Notes: generated by a model from the letters alone, not told the origin. DNA of 64,000 nt from Flavobacteriales bacterium UBA6196 (GCA_002422665.1 DITA01000047.1:2700-66699), one strand, 5' to 3'; positions 20,566-31,316 are shown, numbered from the stretch's first letter. A program made the numbers and translations.

Positions 20566-21672
20566 TTAAATATTCAAATTATTAATAATCTCATTCACAA
20601 TTTCTTCTGTCGCTTTTGGTTTTGCAAAAAATTCTAAATTTTGAGACATTTCCGTTCTCAAACCTTCGTTTTCGCAAATTTCTGAAAGCGTGTTCCAGAA
20701 TTTCTCTTTCATCTCAGTGTCTTTCACCATTTTAGCAGCGTTTTTTTCAACCAAGGTCTGAGCGTTTTTGGTTTGATGATCTTCTGCTGCAAACGGAAAA
20801 GGAACCAGCAAAACTGGCTTTTTAGCAATTGCCAATTCCGAAATCGCTATCGCTCCAGCTCTAGAAACAATTACATCTGCCGCAGAATAAGCTATTTCCA
20901 TATTTTTAATAAATTCTACAATTTGAATGTTTCTGCTGTGAATGTCTTTCGTTTCTTCTAAAATATTTTTATAATCTAGTTTACCTGTTTGCCAAATGAG
21001 TTGGTAATCTTTTTCTAAAACTTGATTAATGTTTTCTTTCCAGCCGTTATTCAAAGTTCTAGAACCTAAAGAACCGCCAACAGAAAGTATCGTTAATTTC
21101 CCTTTTTCTAAACCTAATTTTTCTTTCGCTAAATCGCTGTCAATGATATCAGTAATAATGTTTTTTCTGATAGGATTTCCTAAAAATAATGTTTTCGTTC
21201 CGTGGAAGAATTTTTCCATATTTGGATAGGCGGTGAAAACAGTTTTTGCCTTTTTAGCATTGAAAATATTGGTTTTCCCAGGAAGAGAATTCTGCTCTTG
21301 GATAAAAGTAGGGATTCCCATTCTCGCTGCGATGAATAAAGCTGGTCCACTTGCAAAACCTCCTGTTCCTACCGCAAAATCTGGTTGGAATTCTTTGATG
21401 ATTTTTCTAGCTTTCAATAAACTAGAAATCACCTTAAACGGTAAATTAATATTAGCCAAAAGATTTCCTCTGTCAAAGCCAGCAATATTGAGTCCTTCAA
21501 TTTTGAAGCCAGCTTGCGGAACTTTTTCCATCTCCATTTTTCCATTGGCACCCATGAACAAAAATTCTGCATCAGGAAAACGTTTTTGTATTTCCTGCGC
21601 AATTGCAACGGCAGGAAAGATGTGACCACCAGTTCCACCACCACTCATTAAAACTTTTAATTTTTTGCTCAT
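20566..21672 (-). CDS. murG: Lipid II GlcNAc transferase MurG
   Basis: GGGTGGHIFP, GNPIR, GGSLG and SRAGA motifs. Confidence 0.97.
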   Translation of the reverse strand: MSKKLKVLMSGGGTGGHIFPAVAIAQEIQKRFPDAEFLFMGANGKMEMEKVPQAGFKIEGLNIAGFDRGNLLANINLPFKVISSLLKARKIIKEFQPDFAVGTGGFASGPALFIAARMGIPTFIQEQNSLPGKTNIFNAKKAKTVFTAYPNMEKFFHGTKTLFLGNPIRKNIITDIIDSDLAKEKLGLEKGKLTILSVGGSLGSRTLNNGWKENINQVLEKDYQLIWQTGKLDYKNILEETKDIHSRNIQIVEFIKNMEIAYSAADVIVSRAGAIAISELAIAKKPVLLVPFPFAAEDHQTKNAQTLVEKNAAKMVKDTEMKEKFWNTLSEICENEGLRTEMSQNLEFFAKPKATEEIVNEIINNLNI

Positions 21673-21688
21673 ATTTTTATCATTTTTT

Positions 21689-21712
21689 TGACAAGTCGAG
21701 ACTTGTCATTAC
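21689..21712 (-). repeat. REP-like palindrome with GTAA head
   Basis: Minus strand GTAA-TGACAAGTC-TC-GACTTGTCA, overlapping the ftsW stop codon. Confidence 0.5.
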
Positions 21713-22938
21713 GCTATATCATTAATTTCTTCTACATTCTGTTTTTTACCCATTCCTTCTTCTTCGAAGGTGAGAATTCTAGAACTTACATTCAGAATAA
21801 TTCCTAATTGAAGATAAGTCACCAACATTGAAGTTCCTCCATAACTTATTAAAGGCAAAGGTTGTCCTGTTACGGGAATTAAATTCACCGCAACTGCAAT
21901 ATTTACTGCCAGTTGCACGAAAATCATAATTCCTAAACTCAGCACCAATAAACTCCCGAAAAATGCCCGCATTTTACTGGCAATCATCACGATTCTAATC
22001 ATCATAATCATATACAAAGTGATGAGTGCGAATGCCCCAAAAAAGCCATATTCTTCTACAATAATCGCGAAAATAAAATCGGAAGCAGACTGTGGAAGCA
22101 TTTGTTTCAATGCAGATTTTCCTGGTCCCATTCCTGTAATTCCGCCATGAACTATGGCTGCTTTTGCTTGGTTTACCTGATAGTTTTTTGCTTTTACAGT
22201 TTCGTCTTCTACATTGGCATTTTTCTTAGAATTGGCAAAAGTTTCTATTCTACTTACCCAAGTATGAACACGATTGCTGCCAATTAAATCTGTTTTTAAA
22301 GCCAAAAACAAGAAAATTCCCACAAAAAGTCCTGAAATTCCTAAAAATCCTAAAATGTATTTTGCGGAAAGTTGACCAACCAACATTACTGCTAAAGAAA
22401 CCATTAGAATCATCAAAGCAGTAGAACCATTGTCTTTTGCAACCAAAATGAAAACCAATAAAACTGGCCCGAAAATGTAAAAAATGTTCTCTATCGGAAG
22501 TCTTTCTCTTTTAATTTTTTTAGTTAAATATCTGCACAAATAGATAACTAACATGAGGTATGCAAAGCTTGATGGCTGAAAAGAAATAGGTGTTCCTGGG
22601 ATTTTTAACCAACGAGAAGCAGACGCTCCATCAATTTTTTGTCCTGTAAACATGGTTACAAAAAGTAAAATCACCATAATTCCGAGAAGGATACTGCTCA
22701 GTTTTCCGATGTGTTCGTATTTTACAGTTCCTACAGCTCTCATAATGGCTAAACCTAAGAAAACAAAAAACATGTGCTTGATAACGTGTCCCGTAGTTGT
22801 ACCATTCTGCACAATGTATTCTAAGTTAGAACTTGCAGAATATACAGGGAACACGGAAAAGAAGGAGATTAAAATAATCACCATCCAAAGCACTTTGTCG
22901 CCTTTTAAAAGTTCAAATTTGTTTTCTTGTTGTTCCAT
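21709..22938 (-). CDS. ftsW: SEDS protein FtsW
   Basis: SFQPS, SDFIFAII.EE and PLPLISYGGTS motifs; dcw position. Confidence 0.95.
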   Translation of the reverse strand: MEQQENKFELLKGDKVLWMVIILISFFSVFPVYSASSNLEYIVQNGTTTGHVIKHMFFVFLGLAIMRAVGTVKYEHIGKLSSILLGIMVILLFVTMFTGQKIDGASASRWLKIPGTPISFQPSSFAYLMLVIYLCRYLTKKIKRERLPIENIFYIFGPVLLVFILVAKDNGSTALMILMVSLAVMLVGQLSAKYILGFLGISGLFVGIFLFLALKTDLIGSNRVHTWVSRIETFANSKKNANVEDETVKAKNYQVNQAKAAIVHGGITGMGPGKSALKQMLPQSASDFIFAIIVEEYGFFGAFALITLYMIMMIRIVMIASKMRAFFGSLLVLSLGIMIFVQLAVNIAVAVNLIPVTGQPLPLISYGGTSMLVTYLQLGIILNVSSRILTFEEEGMGKKQNVEEINDIA

Positions 22939-22947
22939 TCTTTATTT

Positions 22948-22991
22948 ATAGGATTGAAATCCTATTTTATTTCTTATCGCCACTTCGTGGC
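22948..22991. repeat. Bipartite hairpin element between murD and ftsW
   Basis: ATAGGATTGAAATCCTAT, spacer, GCCACTTCGTGGC. Confidence 0.55.
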
Positions 22992-22997
22992 TTTTTT

Positions 22998-24338
22998 TTA
23001 ATTATTTTTTAAAACTTCTTCTTTAAATAATTGTCCTCTGTGTTCATAGTTATTGAATAAATCAAAACTTGCACAACAAGGAGAAAGTAAAACGGTATCT
23101 CCTTTTTCTGCTAGAGATTTCGCAGTTTTCACCGCTTCTTCCATGCTAGAAGTATCTACGATAATGTCTTTTTTGTCTTTGAAAAATTCTATGATTTTAG
23201 AATTATCTAATCCAAGACAAACAATCGCTTTTACTTTTCTTTTTACTAAATCTTCAATTTCCGTATAATCATTTCCTTTGTCTGTTCCACCAACAATCCA
23301 AACCGTTGGTGTTTTCATGCTTTCTAAAGCATAGTACGTAGCGTTTACATTGGTTGCTTTAGAATCATTAATGAATTTTACACCATTAATTTCGGCTACA
23401 CCTTCTAATCTGTGTTCTACTGCTTGGAAAGTCATCAGAGAATTTCTAATGCTTTCGTTGCTGATATTCAATAATTTACCAGCGATAGAGGCAGCTAAAC
23501 TATTCGCAACATTATGCGTTCCCATCAGAGATAAATCTTCTATTTTCATAGAAAACTCATCGTGAAGTTTTACCACAATTTTTTCCTCTTCTGTATAACC
23601 TCCTTCCTCTAGTTTTTCCTTCATAGAGAAAGGAATTTGCTTCACTCGCAAATCTAATTCTTGAAGCAGTTTTTGACTCATTTCATCGTCTTTATTGTAG
23701 ATGAAATAATTGTCGTTTTCTTGATTTTCGGCAATTCTAAATTTTGCCAAAGCATATTCTTCGTAGTTGTAATTGTATTGGTCAAGATGATCTGGACTCA
23801 AATTCAACAATAAAGAAATATATGGTCTAAAATTCTGAATATCATCTAATTGGAAGCTGCTTACTTCTAACACATAATAATCAAAATTTTCTTGCGCAAC
23901 TTGCATTGCGAAACTTTTGCCGATGTTTCCACCTAAACCTACATTCAAATTGTCATTTTTCAGAATATGATAAATGATTGATGTAGTAGTGGTTTTCCCA
24001 TTACTTCCTGTGATGGCGATGATTTTGGCATTGGTAAATTCTGCACCGAATTCTATCTCCGAAGAAAGTCTGATTCCTTTCGCTTTGATTTTTTGAACCA
24101 TTTCAGCTTTCTTAGGGACTCCTGGAGATTTTATGACCCAATCTGCAGCAAGAATTCTTTCTTCATCGTGGTTTTTTTCTTCAAACTCGATACCGTTTTC
24201 TACCAAAACTTTTTTGTAATTCTCTTTAATTTCGCCTTTGTCTGAAAGAAAAACTTCCAAACCTTTAGTTTTAGCCAAAATTGCAGCGCCCACTCCACTT
24301 TCTCCTCCTCCTAGAATTACGACTTTCATTTTTTCCAT
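22998..24338 (-). CDS. murD: UDP-MurNAc-L-Ala--D-Glu ligase
   Basis: ITGSNGKTTT, SSFQL, NDSKATN and SPCCASFD motifs. Confidence 0.96.
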   Translation of the reverse strand: MEKMKVVILGGGESGVGAAILAKTKGLEVFLSDKGEIKENYKKVLVENGIEFEEKNHDEERILAADWVIKSPGVPKKAEMVQKIKAKGIRLSSEIEFGAEFTNAKIIAITGSNGKTTTTSIIYHILKNDNLNVGLGGNIGKSFAMQVAQENFDYYVLEVSSFQLDDIQNFRPYISLLLNLSPDHLDQYNYNYEEYALAKFRIAENQENDNYFIYNKDDEMSQKLLQELDLRVKQIPFSMKEKLEEGGYTEEEKIVVKLHDEFSMKIEDLSLMGTHNVANSLAASIAGKLLNISNESIRNSLMTFQAVEHRLEGVAEINGVKFINDSKATNVNATYYALESMKTPTVWIVGGTDKGNDYTEIEDLVKRKVKAIVCLGLDNSKIIEFFKDKKDIIVDTSSMEEAVKTAKSLAEKGDTVLLSPCCASFDLFNNYEHRGQLFKEEVLKNN

Positions 24339-24368
24339 TTCGATTTTTATTTCAAACCTTTTTATTTT

Positions 24369-24414
24369 GTTGGATTAAAATCCAACGTTCTCATATCTTT
24401 CGTTCCTGTGGAAC
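24369..24414. repeat. Bipartite hairpin element between mraY and murD
   Basis: GTTGGATTAAAATCCAAC, spacer, GTTCCTGTGGAAC; second hairpin is 11/13 identical to the REP core at 57.6-58.4 kb. Confidence 0.6.
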
Positions 24415-24421
24415 TTAATTT

Positions 24422-25660
24422 TTATCTAATTTTCAGTGTTATTAAACAAACAATCGCTAACATAACTCCTATGATAATCATTCTGTTAACAATTTTGCTT
24501 TCATGGAAACCACTTTTCTGATAATGGTGATGAAGTGGAGACATTTTAAACAATCTGTTATTCTGAGCGTACTCTAATCCGTACTTTTTCTTTCTGTATT
24601 TAAAAACTGCTACTTGTAGCATTACTGAAAGATTTTCGATTAAGAAAATCCCACATAAAACAGGAATCAATAATTCTTTTCTTAAAATAATTGCCAAAAC
24701 TGCAATTACACCTCCTAACATTAAACTACCAGTGTCGCCCATAAAAACTTGAGCTGGATAAGTATTGTACCAGAAAAATCCTATGGTTGCTCCAATTAGA
24801 GCCACTGCGAAAATTGTGGTTTCTCCCATGTTCGGAAGGAACATAATATTCAGATAATCAGCGAAAATGATGTTTCCAGATAGATAAGCGAAAAATGCGA
24901 GTGTTCCTAAAATTACCACACTCGTTCCTGCGGCGAGTCCATCAATTCCGTCTGTAATATTGGCTCCATTAGAAACAGCGGTCACAATGAAAATTACCAG
25001 TGGAATAAAAATAATCCAAGCCCATTCTTCCTGCGAAGATTCGTCCATCCAGAAAAGAATTTTACTGTAATCAAATTCATTATTTTTCATAAATGGAACG
25101 GTAGAAATGGTTTCTCTTTCGGCTGGAGCGAAGTTTTGAGAAACGCTTGTTCTATTGATTTCGTGAGCATCCGCATATTTTCTTTTGATGGTAATGTCTG
25201 GGTGAAAATACATGGTAACTCCTACGATTAGTCCTAAACCAACTTGTCCTATAATTTTAAAAATTCCGCTTAAACCGTCTTTGTTTTTCTTTATTTTTTT
25301 GAGATAATCATCTATAAAGCCGATGGCTCCCATCCAAAGCATGGAAACAATTAACAGAAGAACATAAATATTAAATTTTGTAAATAAAAGCACAGGAATA
25401 ATGGTGGCAAAAATGATGATTAAACCTCCCATAGTTGGTGTACCTTCTTTTTGTTTTTGTCCTTCTAACCCGAGATCTCTTACCAATTCTCCCATCTGTT
25501 TGTTGCGCAGATAATTGATGATTTTTTTACCATAAACTAGAGCAATCAGCAATGACAAAAGCACAGCAAACGCTGCTCTGAAAGAGATGTATTTCAATAA
25601 GTTTAATCCGGGAATGTGAATTCCGTGATTGGTAAGATATTCGTATAGATAGTATAGCAT
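24422..25660 (-). CDS. mraY: Phospho-N-acetylmuramoyl-pentapeptide transferase
   Basis: [24 protein letters not shown] and PLHHH motifs. Confidence 0.97.
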   Translation of the reverse strand: MLYYLYEYLTNHGIHIPGLNLLKYISFRAAFAVLLSLLIALVYGKKIINYLRNKQMGELVRDLGLEGQKQKEGTPTMGGLIIIFATIIPVLLFTKFNIYVLLLIVSMLWMGAIGFIDDYLKKIKKNKDGLSGIFKIIGQVGLGLIVGVTMYFHPDITIKRKYADAHEINRTSVSQNFAPAERETISTVPFMKNNEFDYSKILFWMDESSQEEWAWIIFIPLVIFIVTAVSNGANITDGIDGLAAGTSVVILGTLAFFAYLSGNIIFADYLNIMFLPNMGETTIFAVALIGATIGFFWYNTYPAQVFMGDTGSLMLGGVIAVLAIILRKELLIPVLCGIFLIENLSVMLQVAVFKYRKKKYGLEYAQNNRLFKMSPLHHHYQKSGFHESKIVNRMIIIGVMLAIVCLITLKIR

Positions 25661-25677
25661 TTGTTTAATTTTAATGT

Positions 25678-26052
25678 TTACAAGTCAAAGGCTTGGATAA
25701 ATATTTGACCTCTATATTTACATATTGTATCAGCATTAATATTTGGCTTTTCATATTTTTCCCATTTTAGCCCAATGTTATCATATAATTTTATTATTTC
25801 TTTTTTGTAAGTCGTATCTTTATTTTTAATGTATTTTTCACAAAGACAGTTTGCAATATCTACTTTAGCATTATTTTCCGAAAAATCTAAATATCCAGGT
25901 TTTGGTTTTTCAAATAATCCTTTGTAATAAATACCTTCACAATCTAAAATATTTAACTTTCTTTCAAACTTGTTTGTAAATAGATACAACATCAAAACTC
26001 CTACAACAAGGATTGAAATGACAGCTAATAATATTTTAAATAATTTTTTCAT
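25678..26052 (-). CDS. Hypothetical membrane-anchored protein with 4 Cys between murE and mraY
   Basis: N-terminal TM, CLC motif, very AT-rich; ATG at 26052. Confidence 0.65.
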   Translation of the reverse strand: MKKLFKILLAVISILVVGVLMLYLFTNKFERKLNILDCEGIYYKGLFEKPKPGYLDFSENNAKVDIANCLCEKYIKNKDTTYKKEIIKLYDNIGLKWEKYEKPNINADTICKYRGQIFIQAFDL

Positions 26053-26059
26053 CAACAAA

Positions 26060-27520
26060 TTACTTCGACATCAATTTATATAGTTCTATAATCGTCTCTT
26101 TGTCATCAAAATGATGTCTCACTCCATTGATTTCCTGATACGTTTCGTGACCTTTTCCTGCAACGAGAACAATATCTTTTGGCTCAGCGAATTTTATTGC
26201 CATCTTTATCGCTTCTCTTCTGTCTGGAATAGAAGTGTATTTGCTGAAATTCTGCGGTTCTACACCTGCTTCAATTTCTTTGATAATATCTTGAGGATTT
26301 TCAGTTCTCGGATTATCTGTGGTAATGATGGCTAACGTAGATTTTCTGGTAGCAATTTTCCCCATTTCTGGTCTTTTTGCATGGTCTCTGTCTCCACCAC
26401 AACCGAAAACGGTAATTAATCTTTCGTTTTTGGTTCTGATTTCGTTGATGGAATCTAAAACATTTTCCAAAGCATCAGGAGTGTGAGCATAATCTACGAT
26501 GAAGAAAATTCCGCCATCAGATTTTATGGTTTCAAATCTGCCATTCACTCTTTTTAGCGTTGAAATCGCTTGTAAAACTTCTTCTTCATTGAATCCTAAT
26601 TCCACTGAAATAGCAAAAGCTAGAAGTAAATTATAAACATTGAATTTACCCGTTAAAGTCGTCCAGAATTCTTTTCCGTTGAAATTTAGAAGCATTCCGT
26701 TGAAATCAACTTCTAAAATTTTCCCGTGATAATCTGCCAAAGTTTTCAAAGCGTAATCTTTCTTTTTCGCTTTGGTGTTTTGTAGCATTACATCGCCATT
26801 TTTATCATCAGCATTGGTAATCGCTACTGCAGTTTCTGGCAATTCGTCAAAGAATCTCTTTTTGGTTTTCAGATATTCATCAAACGTTTTATGATAATCA
26901 AGATGATCATGCGTGAGATTGGTAAAACCAGCCACAGCAAAGTGTAAACCTTCAATTCTGTCTTGATGAATTCCGTGAGAAGAAACTTCCATAAAAGCAT
27001 ATTCGCAACCGGTTTCTACAGCTTTTGCCAACATTTTATTCAAACGAATTACATCTGGAGTAGTGTGAGTTGAAGGAATGATTTCATCTCCAATTCTGTA
27101 CTCTACGGTAGAAATGAGTGCGCTTTGGTAACCTAAATTTTTGAAAATATCAAAAAGTAGAGTAGAAGCGGTGGTTTTTCCGTTGGTTCCTGTAATGCCG
27201 ATTAATTTCAGATTTTCAGAAGGATTTCCATAAAAATTAGCAGCGAGTTTGCCTAAAGTTTTAGATGAATTTTTAACTTGAATATAGTTAATTCCATCGA
27301 TTAAATTTTCTGGTAAAACTTCGCAAACAATGGTTTTTGCTCCCTTTTCGATTGCCGAAGAAATATAAGAATGTCCGTCTGAAACAGTTCCTTTTACAGC
27401 AACATAGAGCGAACCTTCGGTAGCTTTTCTGCTATCGAAAACAATTTCCGAAACTTCTGAATTGAGATTTCCAAAAGTTTCTAAAACGGGAATTTTATGT
27501 AATAATTCTGATAAAATCAT
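26060..27520 (-). CDS. murE: UDP-MurNAc-tripeptide synthetase MurE
   Basis: GTNGKTT, DYAHTPD, FGCGGDRD and DNPR (meso-DAP type) motifs. Confidence 0.96.
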   Translation of the reverse strand: MILSELLHKIPVLETFGNLNSEVSEIVFDSRKATEGSLYVAVKGTVSDGHSYISSAIEKGAKTIVCEVLPENLIDGINYIQVKNSSKTLGKLAANFYGNPSENLKLIGITGTNGKTTASTLLFDIFKNLGYQSALISTVEYRIGDEIIPSTHTTPDVIRLNKMLAKAVETGCEYAFMEVSSHGIHQDRIEGLHFAVAGFTNLTHDHLDYHKTFDEYLKTKKRFFDELPETAVAITNADDKNGDVMLQNTKAKKKDYALKTLADYHGKILEVDFNGMLLNFNGKEFWTTLTGKFNVYNLLLAFAISVELGFNEEEVLQAISTLKRVNGRFETIKSDGGIFFIVDYAHTPDALENVLDSINEIRTKNERLITVFGCGGDRDHAKRPEMGKIATRKSTLAIITTDNPRTENPQDIIKEIEAGVEPQNFSKYTSIPDRREAIKMAIKFAEPKDIVLVAGKGHETYQEINGVRHHFDDKETIIELYKLMSK

Positions 27521-27521
27521 T

Positions 27522-29537
27522 TTAATTCTGTAATTCCAAATAAATTCTTTGGTTTTTATTAATGACAGTTCCAGCCATCGGAAACTGATTTTTTATTTTC
27601 CCAACACCTTTATAATCAACTCGGTAACCTTGGTTTTCTAATTGTGGAATAATGTTTTTCCCCATTAAACCTTTTAGATTAGGCAGAACTCCGTTTTTCA
27701 CGTTTACCTTTACATTGGGTTCTAGCAGTTTATTAAGGTTCACCTTTTTATCAACTAAAAGCTCTTTTTCTACATTCAGCGGTGTTTTAAGGAAGACTTT
27801 TCCTGCAATTTCTTTAAAAACTGGCGCCGAAACTACTGAACCATAATATCCTTTTGAAGTGTTTGGTTGGTTTACCATCGCTATACAAGTATATTTAGGA
27901 TTATCTGCTGGGAAAAATCCCGCAAAACTCGCCTGATATTTCGTAGGTCCTGGTTTCCAATATTCAAACCTTGCGGTTCCTGTTTTTCCTGCCAATTTGA
28001 TATTTGGCGTAAAAATACTTTTTGCGGTTCCTTTTTCTACCGCTTTGGTAAGCATCGCAGTCATTAGATTAATCGCCTCAGTTGAAGCCATTTTGTCCAC
28101 CAAAACTTGAGGTTCCGCTTCGTATGAAGTTTTACCGTCTTTCATGATTTTTTCTATGAACAGCGGCTTCACCATTTTTCCTTTATTGGCAATTCCGTTA
28201 TAGAATGTAGTGAGCTGTAATAAATTGAGGCTCACGCTATAACCATATCCTAGAGAAGCCAATGTAGCTTTGTTCCATCTTTTATTTTCTGGCGTTACAA
28301 TTGAAGGTTTGGTAACACCAGGAAGTTCGATTTCTAATTTTTCAAAAAGTTTCCATCTTTTTAGATGCTTTAAGAAAACATCTGGTTTATCTGCATAATG
28401 CTGTGTGATGATTTTTGCCGCACCAATGTTACTTGATTGTGCTAAAATATCACTGATGTCATACGTTCCACCTGCGTGAGAATCTGTAATTTTTTGACTG
28501 TAATAAGTCCACGAGATTCCACCAATGTTTATTTTGGTATTTTCATCTATGAAGCCATCGTCCATTGCCGCTAAAAGCGAAACCGTTTTAAACGTAGAAC
28601 CCGGTTCTGTAGCATCTTTTAATGCGTAATTGTAAGCGTCTATGTAATTTCCTTCTTCATTTCTTCTAAGGTTTACCATAGCTCTTACTTTTCCTGTAGC
28701 GGTTTCCATCACGAGAACAGAACCATGATCTGCTTCGAAATGTAGCAGTTGTTTTTCTAAAGCAGAATGAGCAATATCTTGAATTCTTAAATCTATTGTG
28801 GTGTAAACATCTTGACCATCAATTGGGTCTTGAACTTTCCAGTAATCAATTGGTTTCCATTGAGAAGAATTGATTCTTTGCTCTAATCTTTTGCCATCAG
28901 TACCAGTAAGATATTTAGAAAAAGCACCTTCAAGTCCAGATTTTCCAATCTCGTTATCCATTCCTATGGTTCCTGCACCAATTTGAGCTGTTGCTAGTTC
29001 TCTTCGGAATTTTCTATCGATAATGAGACATCTATTTTTCTTAAATTTCCCTGTTTTTTTATCTTTTTTACTGAAAATTGGGAATTTTTTAATTCTGTCA
29101 TATTGGTCGAAGTCTAAACCTCTAACCAATGAAAAATATTGATTTTTCTTCTTTTTTTGTTCGTCAAAGATTTTTCGGTAATGAACTCTTGGTTTGCCAA
29201 ACATTTGACTCAAAGAATCAGTCAATGCGCCAATATTTTTATCGTAAACAGAATCTTTGATGGTTTTAAAATCGATATATGCATCGTATCTCATTACAGT
29301 AGTTGCTAAAATAGAACCATCTGATGCAAAAAGGTTTCCACGAGCAGCTTTTAAAGTGGCTTCTCTGTAATTTTTACTGATATAATTGTCTTCAAATTCT
29401 TCTACATTGGTATTTTGTAGAAAAAGAATTCTCGCCAAAAACATAATAAATACGATGAAAGCTACCCCTGCAAAAAGGTAACCCCATTTTAACGCTTTAC
29501 CGCGTTTGATGTCATATTCATTACTATTTATCGCCAT
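27522..29537 (-). CDS. ftsI: Division transpeptidase PBP3 with C-terminal PASTA domain
   Basis: EPGSTFK, SSN and GKTGT motifs; follows ftsL. Confidence 0.9.
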   Translation of the reverse strand: MAINSNEYDIKRGKALKWGYLFAGVAFIVFIMFLARILFLQNTNVEEFEDNYISKNYREATLKAARGNLFASDGSILATTVMRYDAYIDFKTIKDSVYDKNIGALTDSLSQMFGKPRVHYRKIFDEQKKKKNQYFSLVRGLDFDQYDRIKKFPIFSKKDKKTGKFKKNRCLIIDRKFRRELATAQIGAGTIGMDNEIGKSGLEGAFSKYLTGTDGKRLEQRINSSQWKPIDYWKVQDPIDGQDVYTTIDLRIQDIAHSALEKQLLHFEADHGSVLVMETATGKVRAMVNLRRNEEGNYIDAYNYALKDATEPGSTFKTVSLLAAMDDGFIDENTKINIGGISWTYYSQKITDSHAGGTYDISDILAQSSNIGAAKIITQHYADKPDVFLKHLKRWKLFEKLEIELPGVTKPSIVTPENKRWNKATLASLGYGYSVSLNLLQLTTFYNGIANKGKMVKPLFIEKIMKDGKTSYEAEPQVLVDKMASTEAINLMTAMLTKAVEKGTAKSIFTPNIKLAGKTGTARFEYWKPGPTKYQASFAGFFPADNPKYTCIAMVNQPNTSKGYYGSVVSAPVFKEIAGKVFLKTPLNVEKELLVDKKVNLNKLLEPNVKVNVKNGVLPNLKGLMGKNIIPQLENQGYRVDYKGVGKIKNQFPMAGTVINKNQRIYLELQN

Positions 29538-29892
29538 TTTCTAAACTGTCTACTTTTATTAAAAGTTTATGTGGATGGTTTTCTAAAGACATTAGAGAAT
29601 CTCCTTCCATTTCTTTGCTTAGCTCACTTTCCATTCTTACTTTGATCAATCTGCTTTGTGCGTAAGCATTTCTAGATTTATATTCTTCTGCTTGTTCTTT
29701 GAGTTGGTTTACGGTTTCTATTTTTTTGTTGACCAAGTGATTGCTGTAAATCATAATCATCAACAAGGAAAAAATGAGTAAAAAATATTTGTAATGAACT
29801 TTTACTTCATCACGGTTTAAGAAGTTTCCCTTCATGATATCCATGAAAGTAAGTTTCTTTGGTTTTTTATTATATGTTACTCTTTTTGCCAC
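29524..29892 (-). CDS. ftsL: FtsL-like cell division protein
   Basis: TM plus coiled coil between rsmH and ftsI. Confidence 0.82.
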   Translation of the reverse strand: MAKRVTYNKKPKKLTFMDIMKGNFLNRDEVKVHYKYFLLIFSLLMIMIYSNHLVNKKIETVNQLKEQAEEYKSRNAYAQSRLIKVRMESELSKEMEGDSLMSLENHPHKLLIKVDSLENGDK

Positions 29893-29911
29893 AGACTTTG
29901 TCTGATTTTAA

Positions 29912-30805
29912 TTATAATTTTATTCCTACACGCATTTTTGCGCTTCTTGCTCTGGAATTTTCTTCTATTTCTTCTTCTGTTGGAATGATGGCTTTGCTTT
30001 TTAACAATTCAAAAGCTTTAGCATAATTTCCATAAATATCTCGTTCTGGTTCGCCTTCGAACATTCCGTTTTTTAGGAATCGTTTTACCAATCTGTCTTC
30101 TAAAGAATGATAAGAAATTACGACTAATCTTCCTTCTTTTTTCAAGATTTTATAAGATTGTAACAGCATTTCTTTTAAAACTTCTAGCTCTTGATTTACC
30201 TCTATTCTAATCGCTTGGAACAACTGTGCAAAAAATTTATTCTGCTTAAACTGAGGAATATAACTAAAGATTTTTTTCAAATCTTCGGTTGTTACAATTT
30301 CCTTTGATTTCCTAGCGTGAACAATTTCTCTCGCTAGTTTTCTGGCTTCTCTTATTTCACCATAGTAGTAGAAAATATCTGCCAAGTGTTCTTCTTCATA
30401 TTCATTCACTACTTTTTTGGCATCTAGATGTTGCATCACGTTCATTCTCATGTCTAGAGGTGCATCACTTCTGGTAGAAAAACCACGTTCTGCAGCATCA
30501 AACTGATGAGAAGAAACGCCTAAATCTCCTAAAATTCCGTCTACTTCAGTTACGCCGTACATCAACAATGAATTTTCTAAAAATCTAAAATTCTGATTGA
30601 TTAATGTAAATCTTTCATCATCAATTGAATTGTTAAGCGCGTCTAAATCTTGGTCAAAACTGTATAGTTTTCCTTTGCTAGAGAGTCTTTTTAATATTTC
30701 ACGAGAATGACCACCTCCACCGAAAGTTACATCTACGTAAACTCCATCAGGATTAGTGATGAGAGCGTCTATACTTTCCTTTAATAATACAGGATTGTGA
30801 TACAT
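29912..30805 (-). CDS. rsmH: 16S rRNA m4C1402 methyltransferase
   Basis: HNPVLL, TFGGGGHS, DLGVSS, HSLEDR and RARSAK motifs. Confidence 0.97.
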   Translation of the reverse strand: MYHNPVLLKESIDALITNPDGVYVDVTFGGGGHSREILKRLSSKGKLYSFDQDLDALNNSIDDERFTLINQNFRFLENSLLMYGVTEVDGILGDLGVSSHQFDAAERGFSTRSDAPLDMRMNVMQHLDAKKVVNEYEEEHLADIFYYYGEIREARKLAREIVHARKSKEIVTTEDLKKIFSYIPQFKQNKFFAQLFQAIRIEVNQELEVLKEMLLQSYKILKKEGRLVVISYHSLEDRLVKRFLKNGMFEGEPERDIYGNYAKAFELLKSKAIIPTEEEIEENSRARSAKMRVGIKL

Positions 30806-30845
30806 TCTATTAGATTTAAAAAATTATAAAATTGAGGTGTAGAGA

Positions 30846-31310
30846 TTATTCTTCGTCAAAATTGATGTCGCCCATCACTTCTTCGGTTAGTTTCCCGAAA
30901 TCAACTTCGTTGGTAGCAATTACTTTTTCATACGCTTCTTTGTCCCAAATTTCAAACAGTTCACCTGCTCCAGAAATCACGATTTCTTTATGAAGATTGG
31001 CAAATTGTTTCAAATCTTTTGGAATAAGAATCCTCTCAGAAGAATCCAGCTCTACGTTTTTTACACCGGCGGTAAACATTCTGATGAAATCTGCATTCTT
31101 TTTCACGAAACGGTTCAGTCCGTTTATCTTTTTCATCAGTTTTTCCCAAGGTTGCATTGGGTAAACTTCTAAGCAATTCTGAAACACAGCACGCTTAATT
31201 ACAAAGTTCTTATCCTCAGAACTTTGCAATAGTTTTACTAATGACGAAGGAAGCTTTATTCTGCCTTTGTCATCAATCTTGCATTCATATGTTTCGTAGA
31301 AATGAATCAT
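30846..31310 (-). CDS. mraZ: Division/cell-wall transcriptional regulator MraZ
   Basis: Two DxxxR repeats (DDKGR, DSSER). ATG 31310 preferred because the TTG at 31319 lies inside the promoter element. Confidence 0.93.
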   Translation of the reverse strand: MIHFYETYECKIDDKGRIKLPSSLVKLLQSSEDKNFVIKRAVFQNCLEVYPMQPWEKLMKKINGLNRFVKKNADFIRMFTAGVKNVELDSSERILIPKDLKQFANLHKEIVISGAGELFEIWDKEAYEKVIATNEVDFGKLTEEVMGDINFDEE

Positions 31311-31316
31311 TTGGAG

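Noticed and set aside
14815-31310. Absence of murF, ddl and murB from the dcw cluster
   Set aside because: Usual Bacteroidota arrangement; these genes normally lie elsewhere
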